From Opitutaceae bacterium (GTDB taxonomy: Bacteria; Verrucomicrobiota; Verrucomicrobiia; Opitutales; Opitutaceae), in the NCBI GenBank assembly GCA_035502155.1, contig DATJUU010000118.1:1-58331 (forward strand): a stretch of 58,331 nt of DNA, written 5' to 3'. This document shows, piece by piece, positions 18,066 through 26,721 of this stretch. The number at the start of each line of letters is the position of its first letter. The first letter of the stretch is position 1. Both the position numbers and the translations under genes were made by a program. The notes below the pieces were generated by a model. The model searched no databases. It was not told where the DNA came from and worked only from the letters and a program-made list of their open reading frames with translations.

Positions 18066-18383
18066 CTCAAAATAAAACTGCACGGCCCCCGGAATCGCCG
18101 GTCGGGGTCCCGGAATATCCGGTTCCCGGCCCGCCGGACGCCGACGGCGGCATCCGCCTGACGCCGCGCGGCGGGAGTCATCGCCCGGTCGGCGCTGGTC
18201 AGAGGCGCTGCGTGTTTCGTCCCGCCGCCACGAGTGAAAATCCACGTTCGGGACCGCTGCGGTCGCGCAGTCCGGCCGGACCGGGGCACGTCTGTTTTCC
18301 GTCGGTGCTCCGCTCCGGAATCCGGCCTCCCGGCCTGCCGCGCTTCGCGTCCCGTTGGGCCGGCGCCGAGTGCGGCCGCCCTA

Positions 18384-18397
18384 GTTTAGGGCTAAAT
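18384..18397. promoter_or_regulatory. GTTTAGGGCTAAAT motif (site B)
   Basis: Arms TTTAG/CTAAA form a perfect 5-bp inverted repeat. It lies 332 bp from site A in the same 384-bp intergenic region. Confidence 0.25.
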
Positions 18398-18414
18398 CAC
18401 CGGCCCAGCCGGGC

Positions 18415-19143
18415 TCAGCTGCCGTCCTTGAAATTGAACGTCTGCACCGCCTTCACCAGCGCCGCCCGGCCCCGGGACGTGGGCGGCGTGAATTTCCACT
18501 GGCTCAACGCGGCGATGGCCAGGCTGCCGAGCTCAAGGTTTTCGCCCGGCGCCAGACTGGGCAGGCGCACCGCGCCGGTCTCGTCGATGTAGAACTCGAC
18601 GTTGACCGATCCGCGCACACCCTGCTCCGCCAGCGCGCGGGGATAGGCCGGCGCCACCGTGCGGAGCGGCGCGGGCACCCGGTCCAGCTCCGCCGGCACG
18701 CAGGCGCGGAACCGGTACCGGCCGTCGAGCAGCCGCATCGTCTGGATTTCGGCCAGTTCGGCGAGGTTCACCGACGACACCACCACGCCCTGCGCGGTGA
18801 ACTGGAACGTGAGCTCGGCGATTGCGCCCATGGGCTCGCCGCGCAGCCGCGCGGGTTCGAACTTCCACTCCTTGATCGCGTCCACCGCCGCGGTGGCGAA
18901 CTCCGGCCGGGAGTAGCCGGTCACCAGCCACTCGGTGAGCGCACCCTTGCGGTCGACGCTGATGACGACGCGCGCCTCTCCCTGCGTCACGGCCAGCTGC
19001 ATCAGGCGCGGCGGGAATACCGGGTCGCTGGACTCCACGACCTTCAACGACTGCCAGTCCGGCCGGTCGACGGCGGCCGGCGCGGGGGCGCTGCCTGCCA
19101 GCAGCAACCCGATTCCAAGAGCGAGCATAGGGGATGTTCTCAT
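18415..19143 (-). CDS. Secreted protein with two tandem TonB C-terminal domains
   Basis: The track ORF (601 aa) is over-extended. The ATG at 19143 gives MRTSPMLALGIGLLLAGSAPAPA (signal peptide). Two TonB_C-like units follow: PVFPPRLMQLAVTQGEARVVISVDRKGALTEW...AIKEWKFEPA and APAYPRALAEQGVRGSVNVEFYIDETGAV...ALSQWKFTPP. Confidence 0.7.
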   Translation of the reverse strand: MRTSPMLALGIGLLLAGSAPAPAAVDRPDWQSLKVVESSDPVFPPRLMQLAVTQGEARVVISVDRKGALTEWLVTGYSRPEFATAAVDAIKEWKFEPARLRGEPMGAIAELTFQFTAQGVVVSSVNLAELAEIQTMRLLDGRYRFRACVPAELDRVPAPLRTVAPAYPRALAEQGVRGSVNVEFYIDETGAVRLPSLAPGENLELGSLAIAALSQWKFTPPTSRGRAALVKAVQTFNFKDGS

Positions 19144-19226
19144 GGTCAAATGCGGTTGCCCGGCACAACACCGGCCGGCGCCGCATCCCTTCAGCGCGCG
19201 CCTCACCCGCCGTCGCGGCTCCTCGC

Positions 19227-20651
19227 TCAGGAGCCCAGCAACTCGGCCTCGATGCGCTCGAGCGACTTCTGCTTCGTCTCGGGCAGCGACCGCAGCAGGT
19301 AGGCCAGGCCGGCGAGACAGATCGCCGCGTAGATGCCGAAGGTGCCGGCCGCCCCCAGCCGCCGGTTCAGCAGCGGGAAGGTGTAGGTGAGGACGAAGCA
19401 CGCGAGCCAGAGCGCGGTCACGCCCACCGCCATCGCCGCGCCGCGGATGCGGTTGGGGAAGATCTCCGCGATCACCACCCAGGTCACCGGCGCGAGCGAC
19501 ATGGCGTAGCAGCCGATCGCCGCCAGCACGAGGAGCAGGAGCGGCAGCCCGTGCACGCCGGCGTGGTAGCAGAGCGCAAGCGCGGTGTAGATCACGGCCA
19601 GCCCGGCCGCCCCGCCCACCAGCAGCGGCCGGCGCCCAAACCGGTCGACGGTGCCCAGCGCCACGAAGGTGAAGAGCAGGTTCACCGAGCCGGTCCAGGC
19701 GATGTTCTGGAGCACGCTCGACAGGTCGTAGCCCGCGGCGCGGAAGATCTCCTCGGCGTAGTTGAAGATGACGTTGATGCCGCACCACTGCTGGAACACC
19801 GCCAGGGTCACGCCCAGGACCAGGACCCGCCGCAGCCGCGGATCCAGCAGATCCTGGAAGCGCACGTGCCGGATCTCCTCCGCCGCCAGCGTGGCCTGGA
19901 TCGCGCGCACCTCCGCCGCCGCATGCGCCTCGCCGCCGATCCGCGCCAGCACGGCCGCGGCCCGCTCCCGGCGCCCGTTCTTCACCAGCCAGCGCGGGCT
20001 CTCCGGCACCACGAACATGCCGGCGAAGAACAGCAGCGCGGGCGCGGCCGTCAGGGCGAACATCCAGCGCCAGCCCGTCTGCCCGTACCAGGAGTGGCGG
20101 ATGAATTCGTCGCCGGCCCCGGCCGGCAGCCCCCGCACCAGGAACCAGTTGATGAACTGCGCGAGCAGGATGCCGACCACGATCGTGAGCTGGTTGACCG
20201 ACACCAGCTTCCCGCGCCACGCCGCCGGGGCGACCTCCGCGATGTACAGCGGCGATAGGGCCGATGCCAGGCCGATGGCCACGCCGCCCAGCATCCGCCA
20301 GGCCACGAACACGCGGAAGGTCGCGGCGGAACCGTTGCCGAGCGAGGTCACCGCGAAGAGCAGCGCGGCCAGGATCAGCAGGCGCTTGCGTCCGAACCGG
20401 TCGCTGAGCGCGCCCGCGGCCACCGCTCCCGCCAGGCAGCCGAGCAGCGCGCAGCTGTTCGCCCAGCCGGAAAGGGCCGGATCGTTGAGGTGAAAGTAGC
20501 GCTCGAAAAACGGCTTCGCCCCGCCGATCACCACCCAGTCGTAGCCGAAGAGCAGCCCGCCCAGCGCGGCCACCGTGCAGATCAGCCAGATGTAGCCCCG
20601 ATTGAATTGGGCCGGCGGCGGAACGGACTCGGCGGCGGGGGCTGTGCTCAT
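19227..20651 (-). CDS. MFS sugar porter (xylose/H+ symporter-like)
   Basis: Start re-set to the ATG at 20651 (MSTAPAAESV...). Sugar-porter signatures: LGGLLFGYDWVVIGGAKPFF, GRKRLLILAA, PESPRWLVKNGR and PETKQKSLE. Confidence 0.85.
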   Translation of the reverse strand: MSTAPAAESVPPPAQFNRGYIWLICTVAALGGLLFGYDWVVIGGAKPFFERYFHLNDPALSGWANSCALLGCLAGAVAAGALSDRFGRKRLLILAALLFAVTSLGNGSAATFRVFVAWRMLGGVAIGLASALSPLYIAEVAPAAWRGKLVSVNQLTIVVGILLAQFINWFLVRGLPAGAGDEFIRHSWYGQTGWRWMFALTAAPALLFFAGMFVVPESPRWLVKNGRRERAAAVLARIGGEAHAAAEVRAIQATLAAEEIRHVRFQDLLDPRLRRVLVLGVTLAVFQQWCGINVIFNYAEEIFRAAGYDLSSVLQNIAWTGSVNLLFTFVALGTVDRFGRRPLLVGGAAGLAVIYTALALCYHAGVHGLPLLLLVLAAIGCYAMSLAPVTWVVIAEIFPNRIRGAAMAVGVTALWLACFVLTYTFPLLNRRLGAAGTFGIYAAICLAGLAYLLRSLPETKQKSLERIEAELLGS

Positions 20652-20658
20652 GCGGCGT

Positions 20659-21783
20659 TCAGGGATCGTGCTCCGGCAGCCGGCCGCGGGTGAAGCGGTC
20701 GAACACCGCCAGCACCGGCAGCGCGTCGCCGGCGTCGTCGAACATGCCCCGGCGGATGAGCGGGCCGGAGACGGCCGGCTCCCACCAGAACACACCCGCG
20801 CCGCGCCCGTGGGGCGTGGCCAGCACCAGCCGGTTCACCTCGTCGAGGAAGTCGCGCTGCCCCGCCGGCGTCTCCGGAAACGGCCCCGGGTGGTTGCGGT
20901 ACTCGGACGGCTTCCAGTTGTAGGCCACCTCCACGAGGATGATGTCCTTGCCGTAGGTGTCGGCCATGAAGGCGAGGTTGTCGCGCAGGTCGAGCAGCGA
21001 ACCCTGCCACCAGGGGTAATAGGACTGCCCGATCACGTCGTAGGGGATTCCGTAGGCGTTGAAGCGGTCGAAGAACGCCTGGGTCTTCGCCCGGCTTCCG
21101 CCCTGGTCGATGTGGATCATGATCCGCGGCCGCGCCGCCGGCGCGCTGCCCGCCTCGACGCCCCGGACGCCCGCCCGCACCAGCTCGGCGAACTGGTCCC
21201 AATGGTCGGGCAGCCGCCCGTCGGGCCAGAGCATGCCGTTGGTGATCTCATTGCCGATCTGCACCATGTCCGGCAGCACGCCGGCCTCGCGGAAGCGGGC
21301 GATCGTGTCGCGCGTGTATGCGAAAACCGCCGCCACCAGCTCGGCGTGCGACATTCCCTCCCACGCCTTGGGGATGAACTGCTTTCCCGGGTCGGCCCAC
21401 GTGTCGGAGTAGTGAAAATCCAGCAGGAACTTGTAGCCGAGCGCCCGGGCCGCGCGGGCCTCCGCCAGCGTGTAGTCGAGGTTGTTCGGCAACTGGGTCG
21501 GCGTGTGGAACAGCCGCAGGCGGATCCAGTTGTACCCGTGGTCGCGGAAGATCTGCAGCCCCGGCTTTTCCTCGCCGCCGTCCTTGAACCGGACCCCGCG
21601 CGCCTCCGCCTGGCGCAGGAACGACAGGTCCGCGCCGATGGCATAGGCATCCGGCGCCGACGGCGGTGCGGCGGCACCCGGCCCAGTGGCGCAGCCGGCA
21701 AGCAGCAGGAACGCGGCGAAACCGGGAATGACGGCGGCGCCGACGGCCGCCGGGCTCGATCGCGAAAATCTCCTCAGGCGCAT
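20659..21783 (-). CDS. Arabinogalactan endo-beta-1,4-galactanase (GH53), lipoprotein
   Basis: Start re-set to the ATG at 21783 (MRLRRFSRSS...FLLLAGCATG, a lipobox). GH53 motifs: GADLSFL...NWIRLRLF and VQIGNEITNGMLWP (catalytic Glu context). The shorter start removes the overlap with the upstream gene. Confidence 0.85.
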   Translation of the reverse strand: MRLRRFSRSSPAAVGAAVIPGFAAFLLLAGCATGPGAAAPPSAPDAYAIGADLSFLRQAEARGVRFKDGGEEKPGLQIFRDHGYNWIRLRLFHTPTQLPNNLDYTLAEARAARALGYKFLLDFHYSDTWADPGKQFIPKAWEGMSHAELVAAVFAYTRDTIARFREAGVLPDMVQIGNEITNGMLWPDGRLPDHWDQFAELVRAGVRGVEAGSAPAARPRIMIHIDQGGSRAKTQAFFDRFNAYGIPYDVIGQSYYPWWQGSLLDLRDNLAFMADTYGKDIILVEVAYNWKPSEYRNHPGPFPETPAGQRDFLDEVNRLVLATPHGRGAGVFWWEPAVSGPLIRRGMFDDAGDALPVLAVFDRFTRGRLPEHDP

Positions 21784-21826
21784 GGACAACCAGTGCACGG
21801 ATTGGCCCGGTGGGTCGAATTTTTCC

Positions 21827-24800
21827 TCACCGGTCCGCCGCGAGATCGGCGGCCAGGGCATGACTGGGGTCGCGGCGCAGGATTCGCGCGAGGAGGCGTT
21901 GCGCGGCGGTCCGCTGCCCCAGTCCGAGGCGGGCCTGGGCTTCGAGCACCAGCGCCGTTGTGATCCTCCGCGCCGGCAGATCGTCGTCGAAGAGCAGCAT
22001 CGTCGGCAGCGACGTGGCGAAGTAGTCGATCCGTGCCGGTGTCCGGGCCAGCCGGCGGGCGTGGCCGAGCAGGCCCCGCAACAGGCGGCGCGCCCGTGCC
22101 GTCCGTCCCAGCCGTCGCCACGCGAGCGCCGAGAAATAGGTCTGCTCGGAGAACGTGCGCACGCTCATCTCCTGAAAGTCGCCCCGGAACGTCGCGGCGG
22201 CGGTCCAGTGGACGCGCGCCGACCGCAGGTCGCCGGCGGCGGCGCCGGCCTCGCCCAGCCAGAAATGGACGTCGCTCTGGTTGGCGAGCAGATGGCGCGC
22301 CTCGCCCAGGTTTTCCGGCGCGGCCAGCGCCGCCTCGAACCATTTCCTCGCGCCGGCGGCGTCACCGCGCCGCAGCGCGGCCCGGCCGAGGAGCAGATGC
22401 GCGCGGGTGTGCTGCCCCAGGGCCTGCCCTTCCCCGCCCTCCCAGGGCTGGAAACGGCGGCGGGCGAGGATCTCCCGGGCCCGCGCCGGCCGGCCGGTCT
22501 GGTTGTAGAGGGCGCACAGCTCGACCGACAGATCGTCGCGCGTCTCCACGAGCGGGCGGTGCCGCTCCAGTTCCCGCCGCCGGCGCGCCGGGGCCACGCC
22601 CAGACGCTTCCAGAGCTGGTCGCGTTCGAACAGCAGCCGCGCGTCCGCCGGATCGGCGCGAAACGCCCGCTCGTAAGCCGTCCGCGCCCGGGCCGGCCGT
22701 CGCTGGATGTTGAAATAACCGATGCCCAGATTGCGCCACGCGACCGCATTGGCCGGCTCCAGGCGCACGGCGCGCTCCCAGCAGGCGATCGCCTCCTGGT
22801 GACGGCGGCGCGCATAAAGCAGGTTGCCGAGATAGAACGGTGCGCGAGCGTCCCGCGGGTCGGCGGCGATCGCGGTCTCGAGGACCGCGATCTCCTCCAG
22901 GCGCGCGGGAAAACAATAATCCGGTGGCGCCTTGGCCGCGGCCGCCCGCGCGCGCCGCGCGGCGCCGGCCTTCCCTTGCCGCTCCAGCAGCCAGCCGCAA
23001 TAATAGCCCACCAGCGGCGCGGTGCCGCTGGGCGGCTCCGGTTTCGCCCCGTCCAGAATGTCCAGCGCCTCGGCGACCAGTCCCGCCCGGGCGCAGTCCA
23101 GCGCCAGATCCAGGCGCACTTGGGTGTCGCACGTCAGCGCGGCGCCCCGCAGGTGCCGCGCCCACCAGTCGAGCGGATCGAGTGCCAGCGTCGCCGCCAG
23201 CCGCGCATCCGCCTCGGCGCCGCGCCCGAGGCGCCGCAGCACGATGCCCTGCAGATCCCGCGCGCGCAGATTCCCGGCGTTCACCGCCAGCGCCCGTTCC
23301 AGGTGATCCAGCGCCGCCGTCCAGTCGCCGCGGCCGCAGTCGATCTCGGCCAGGGCGTGGTAACCGGCCGCCTGCCAGGCCTGGTTCCATGTCGCCTTGG
23401 CGAAGGCCTCACCAGCCTCGGCGTCGCGGCCCTGGTGGCGCAGGCAGCGGCCGAGCTGATAGAACGTCTCGCCCTCGGCGGGATTCGGATTCCGCGCCGT
23501 CAGGCGCGCGATGCTGGCGCGCAGGTGCCGCTCCGCGTCCGCCCACTCGCCGCGGCGCAGGTGCCAGCGGCCCAGCGCCAGATTGCAGCGCGCGTCGCCC
23601 GGATCGCGGCGCAGCGCCTCGCGCCAGTAGGCCTCCGGCGCACGGGTCGCGTGGCGGTATTGCTCGAGATGCAGGCCCGTCAGGTAGAGCTCATCGGCGT
23701 CCGCCGTCGCCTCGGGCGCGGGCGGCTCCCCGGCCGGCGGCGGCACCGGGCCGTGTGGCGGCGGTCGCGGCTGGTACCGGATCAACTCCCGGCCCCCGGC
23801 CGCAAGCACGCGCAGCGTCAGGTCGGCGGCCCGCCCGCCGCGCGGCATCCGCGCCCCGGCCACCAGCGGGCGGTCCGGCGTCAGGTCGCGCGTCCAGCGC
23901 GCCACCGGCCGGCCGCGGATTTCGAGGCGGACCACGGCGCGCCGCTGGGGCGCGGTGACCGCCACGCCCACCCGCGCGGTGCCAGCCGCCAGGCGCAGGC
24001 TCACCGCGGCATCCAGAGTGGCGTGCTGCGCCGGTCCGATCGCGCGGATCGGATACCAATACTGGCTCCAGTGCTTGGTCTCGCCCGGCTGGAGAAAGGA
24101 GAAATCCGGCTGGTTGTCGGTGTACACGCCCGCCATCAGCTCGATGTACGGCCAGTGCACGCCGCGCGCGTCGGCATCGGTGAGATTCCGGTCCCAGGCG
24201 TAGCCGAACGCGTGGTTGCCCCACGTCCACTGCTTCTTGCCGGGCGCGATGCGGTGGTCGGCGACGTGGATGATTCCGGCCTGCGCGGCGTGGTCGTAGC
24301 CGCCGAAGAAATCCTCCCGGCTGCCCATGCACATATAAGAGGTGGGAACGGGGATGTTGGCGTACCAGGAAAGATCGTCGGCGCGGTAGGACGGGAGTTT
24401 TGGGTTTTGAGTTTTGAGTTCTGGGTCGCAGTGCGGCGGAACGAACCGCCGGGGCTTTTCGCCGGCGGGCACGCCGGCGCGCCCCCGGGCGGCGTAATCC
24501 ACGCCGTAGTAGCGGCCCGCGCAGCGCGGATAGGCGCTCATCGCACGCTTGGCGTGGTCGGCGACGTAGTAGACGTCGGGCGGGAAGAACGACTGGTATT
24601 GCTCGTGCACCCGCGTGGCCGCGTTGGCCCACCAGAGGAAGGTCTGCACGTCGGCCGTGCGGTTGTAGGCGCGCACCTTCAGCTCCAGGTACGCGCGGCC
24701 GGGATGCAGGCAGGCGCCGTGCATGCCCTTCAGGCGCGCCAGCGGATCGTGTTCGGACAGCCAGACCGTGGCCGCGCCGCCGGGGTGGCGCTCGACCGCG

Positions 24801-25201
24801 ACGTCGACCGGCATGAAGGTTGAGGGCCGGTGGTGCTGGGGCCAGTTGAACTCGATCCCGCCGCTGATCCACGGCCCCGCCAGGCCGACCAGCGCCGGTT
24901 TGATCACCGCCTGGTAATAGAGCAGGTCGTAGCCGTTGGTCTTGTCAGTGATCCGGTGGATGCGCCCGCCCAGCTCCGGCAGGATCATCACGCGCAGGAA
25001 TTCGTTTTCCAGCCACACCGCGTCCCACCGCCGCGGCACCGGTTTTTCCGCGATCCGGTCCGTGAACGGCAGCGGGTAGACGCTCCCGCTCGAGCCCTGG
25101 TAGACCCGTTTTTCCAGGAACATCGGATTCCGGTCCGGAGCGCACGGTTCGTAGGTCGGCAGGACGACGGCGGCGCGGCGCACGGAGACGGGGGCGGGCA
25201 T
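21827..25201 (-). CDS. DUF5107-like N-terminal domain + TPR-repeat protein (1124 aa), function unknown
   Basis: ATG at 25201. The N-terminus (YPLPFTDRI...WLENEFLRVMILPELGGRIHRITDKTNGYDLLYYQAVIKPALVGLAGPWISGGIEFNWPQHHRP) matches my recollection of the DUF5107 family. The C-terminal half consists of TPR-like Ala/Arg/Leu-rich repeats. Confidence 0.7.
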   Translation of the reverse strand: MPAPVSVRRAAVVLPTYEPCAPDRNPMFLEKRVYQGSSGSVYPLPFTDRIAEKPVPRRWDAVWLENEFLRVMILPELGGRIHRITDKTNGYDLLYYQAVIKPALVGLAGPWISGGIEFNWPQHHRPSTFMPVDVAVERHPGGAATVWLSEHDPLARLKGMHGACLHPGRAYLELKVRAYNRTADVQTFLWWANAATRVHEQYQSFFPPDVYYVADHAKRAMSAYPRCAGRYYGVDYAARGRAGVPAGEKPRRFVPPHCDPELKTQNPKLPSYRADDLSWYANIPVPTSYMCMGSREDFFGGYDHAAQAGIIHVADHRIAPGKKQWTWGNHAFGYAWDRNLTDADARGVHWPYIELMAGVYTDNQPDFSFLQPGETKHWSQYWYPIRAIGPAQHATLDAAVSLRLAAGTARVGVAVTAPQRRAVVRLEIRGRPVARWTRDLTPDRPLVAGARMPRGGRAADLTLRVLAAGGRELIRYQPRPPPHGPVPPPAGEPPAPEATADADELYLTGLHLEQYRHATRAPEAYWREALRRDPGDARCNLALGRWHLRRGEWADAERHLRASIARLTARNPNPAEGETFYQLGRCLRHQGRDAEAGEAFAKATWNQAWQAAGYHALAEIDCGRGDWTAALDHLERALAVNAGNLRARDLQGIVLRRLGRGAEADARLAATLALDPLDWWARHLRGAALTCDTQVRLDLALDCARAGLVAEALDILDGAKPEPPSGTAPLVGYYCGWLLERQGKAGAARRARAAAAKAPPDYCFPARLEEIAVLETAIAADPRDARAPFYLGNLLYARRRHQEAIACWERAVRLEPANAVAWRNLGIGYFNIQRRPARARTAYERAFRADPADARLLFERDQLWKRLGVAPARRRRELERHRPLVETRDDLSVELCALYNQTGRPARAREILARRRFQPWEGGEGQALGQHTRAHLLLGRAALRRGDAAGARKWFEAALAAPENLGEARHLLANQSDVHFWLGEAGAAAGDLRSARVHWTAAATFRGDFQEMSVRTFSEQTYFSALAWRRLGRTARARRLLRGLLGHARRLARTPARIDYFATSLPTMLLFDDDLPARRITTALVLEAQARLGLGQRTAAQRLLARILRRDPSHALAADLAADR

Positions 25202-25341
25202 GGGCGGCGGGATCCGCCTACCCTAGGCGCAAAGCGCCGCTTTCTGCAACGGGCGAAGCGCCGGTCCGCCCCAAACGCGCTCGACGCCCGCCCGGAAAAG
25301 TCGCTTCATGTCCGCCGAAACGTCTTAATGTCTGCCGACCC

Positions 25342-25417
25342 GTCCCTGTAGCTCAACAGGATAGAGCAGCGGTTTCCTAAACCGCCGATCCCGGTTCAAG
25401 TCCGGGCGGGGATACCA
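25342..25417 (+). tRNA. tRNA-Arg (anticodon CCT)
   Basis: Manual cloverleaf, 76 nt with encoded CCA. Acceptor GTCCCTG/CGGGGAT with two G.U pairs. D-arm GCTC-AACAGGATA-GAGC. Anticodon arm GCGGT-TTCCTAA-ACCGC. 4-nt variable loop. T-arm CCCGG-TTCAAGT-CCGGG. Discriminator A. Confidence 0.88.
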
Positions 25418-25437
25418 GCGGGTCGGTCGCCGCCTCG

Positions 25438-26664
25438 TCACGCCGGCACGCGGCGCAGGATCTCCAAGCAGGCCCGGCCGTTGTGGTAGGGACACTTCCA
25501 CGGGCCGATCTTGTAGCCGTCGCGAAACTCCGGATAGGGCGGCTTCGGCCGGCCCGCGCGATCCACCCCCGGCCGCCACTCGCCCAGATCGCGGTCGATG
25601 ATCCGGTCCTCGATGAACCGCCAGCTGCGCAGCGCCGCCGCCTGAAACCGCGCCTCGCCGGTCCGCGCGTGGGCGTTGAGGAACCCGACCACCGCCTCCG
25701 CCTGCGGCCACCATTTTTTGTCCGCGTCGGTCACCCGTCCGTCCCAGCCCTCGTGGAACACGCCGCCGTCCGCATCCATGCCGTGGGCCAGGACCGCGTC
25801 GGCCAGCGCCCGCGCCACCGCCTGCACCCGCCCCGCGAGGGCGGGATCACCCAGCAGGTCGGCCGCCTCGCCCAGCAGCCAGCTCGCCTCGATGTCGTGA
25901 CCGAACGACACGACGCCGTCGGCCGACTGCCAGTCGGCGGCGAAGAACAGCCGGCAGTGCGGGGCGGGATGCGCGGCGTAGACGCGGTCGAGAAACAGCG
26001 TCACCAACTCGGTCAGGCGCGCGCGCAGCCGGGCCTCGGGCCAAACCCGCAGCAGCGCGGTGTACGCCTCGAGCACGTGCAGCAGCGTGTTCATCGACTT
26101 CGGCGTGTTGGGCTCGACCTCGCTCAGGCGCAGGTCGGCCAGCGGCTCCCAGCGGCCGGTGCACGCCTCGAAATAGCCGCCGTGCCGCGGGTCGTGCAGG
26201 TGGCGCTCCAGCAGTGCGAAGAGCTCCTGTGCCCGCGCCAGGGCCCCCGCCTCGCCGGTGGCCGCGTGCCACTCCGCCAGGCCGTAGATCGCGAAGGCCT
26301 GGGCGTAACCCTGTTTCTTGTCCGAGACCACCCGGCCGGCCGCGTCGAGGCTCCAGTACACCCCGCCCCGGGACGCGTCCCGGAACGGTCCGAGCAGCTG
26401 GGCCCGCGCCTGCTCCGCCGCCCGGCGCCAGGCGGGATCAGGCCCGAGCTGTCGCAGCGCCGCCGCGAAAGTCCAGAGCACCCGCGCGCAGATCACGACG
26501 TGGCGCGGCACGTCGTCCACCCGTTCGCCGCGGCAGGTGACCATGCCGGTGAGCCGCCCGTCGGCCTCGAAGCCGTGCCGCGCCCAATAGGGCAGGATGT
26601 CGCCGGTGAGCTCGGCGTGCGCGGCCCGGCGCAGGTCGGCGAGGGAGTCGAGGAGGCCCGGCAT
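25438..26664 (-). CDS. AGE-family (N-acylglucosamine 2-epimerase / cellobiose-mannose epimerase-isomerase-like) protein
   Basis: ATG at 26664, 408 aa. Alpha/alpha-barrel epimerase motifs: ILPYWARHG, GGVYWSLDAAGRVVSDKKQGYAQAFAIYGLAE, WWPQAEAVVG and KCPYHNGRACLE. Confidence 0.8.
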   Translation of the reverse strand: MPGLLDSLADLRRAAHAELTGDILPYWARHGFEADGRLTGMVTCRGERVDDVPRHVVICARVLWTFAAALRQLGPDPAWRRAAEQARAQLLGPFRDASRGGVYWSLDAAGRVVSDKKQGYAQAFAIYGLAEWHAATGEAGALARAQELFALLERHLHDPRHGGYFEACTGRWEPLADLRLSEVEPNTPKSMNTLLHVLEAYTALLRVWPEARLRARLTELVTLFLDRVYAAHPAPHCRLFFAADWQSADGVVSFGHDIEASWLLGEAADLLGDPALAGRVQAVARALADAVLAHGMDADGGVFHEGWDGRVTDADKKWWPQAEAVVGFLNAHARTGEARFQAAALRSWRFIEDRIIDRDLGEWRPGVDRAGRPKPPYPEFRDGYKIGPWKCPYHNGRACLEILRRVPA

Positions 26665-26721
26665 GGGCCGAAGTTATACCGGGGCCGCCACTGAATTGGA
26701 AAGGTCGAAGTCCTCCATGCC

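Noticed and set aside
18066-18383. A GC-rich 384-bp spacer upstream of yicI as a possible structured ncRNA or riboswitch.
   Set aside because: I recognise no known RNA family motif (SRP, 6S, RNase P, common riboswitch cores). Only the two AT-rich motif sites stand out, and they are reported separately.
18415-20220. Over-extended track ORFs: 18415..20220 (601 aa), 36152..37942 (596 aa), 37222..38151 (309 aa), 45118..47397 (759 aa), 46965..48269 (434 aa) and 34185..35450.
   Set aside because: The N-terminal parts are low-complexity Arg/Ala/Gly and overlap neighbouring real genes. Internal ATGs give proper signal peptides or family-typical N-termini and tidy operon spacing (for example the ATGA overlaps in arsR-arsC-acr3).
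25202-25437. The tRNA-Arg as an integration hot-spot or genomic-island boundary.
   Set aside because: No integrase, no direct repeat of the tRNA 3' end and no change in gene character on either side within the window.
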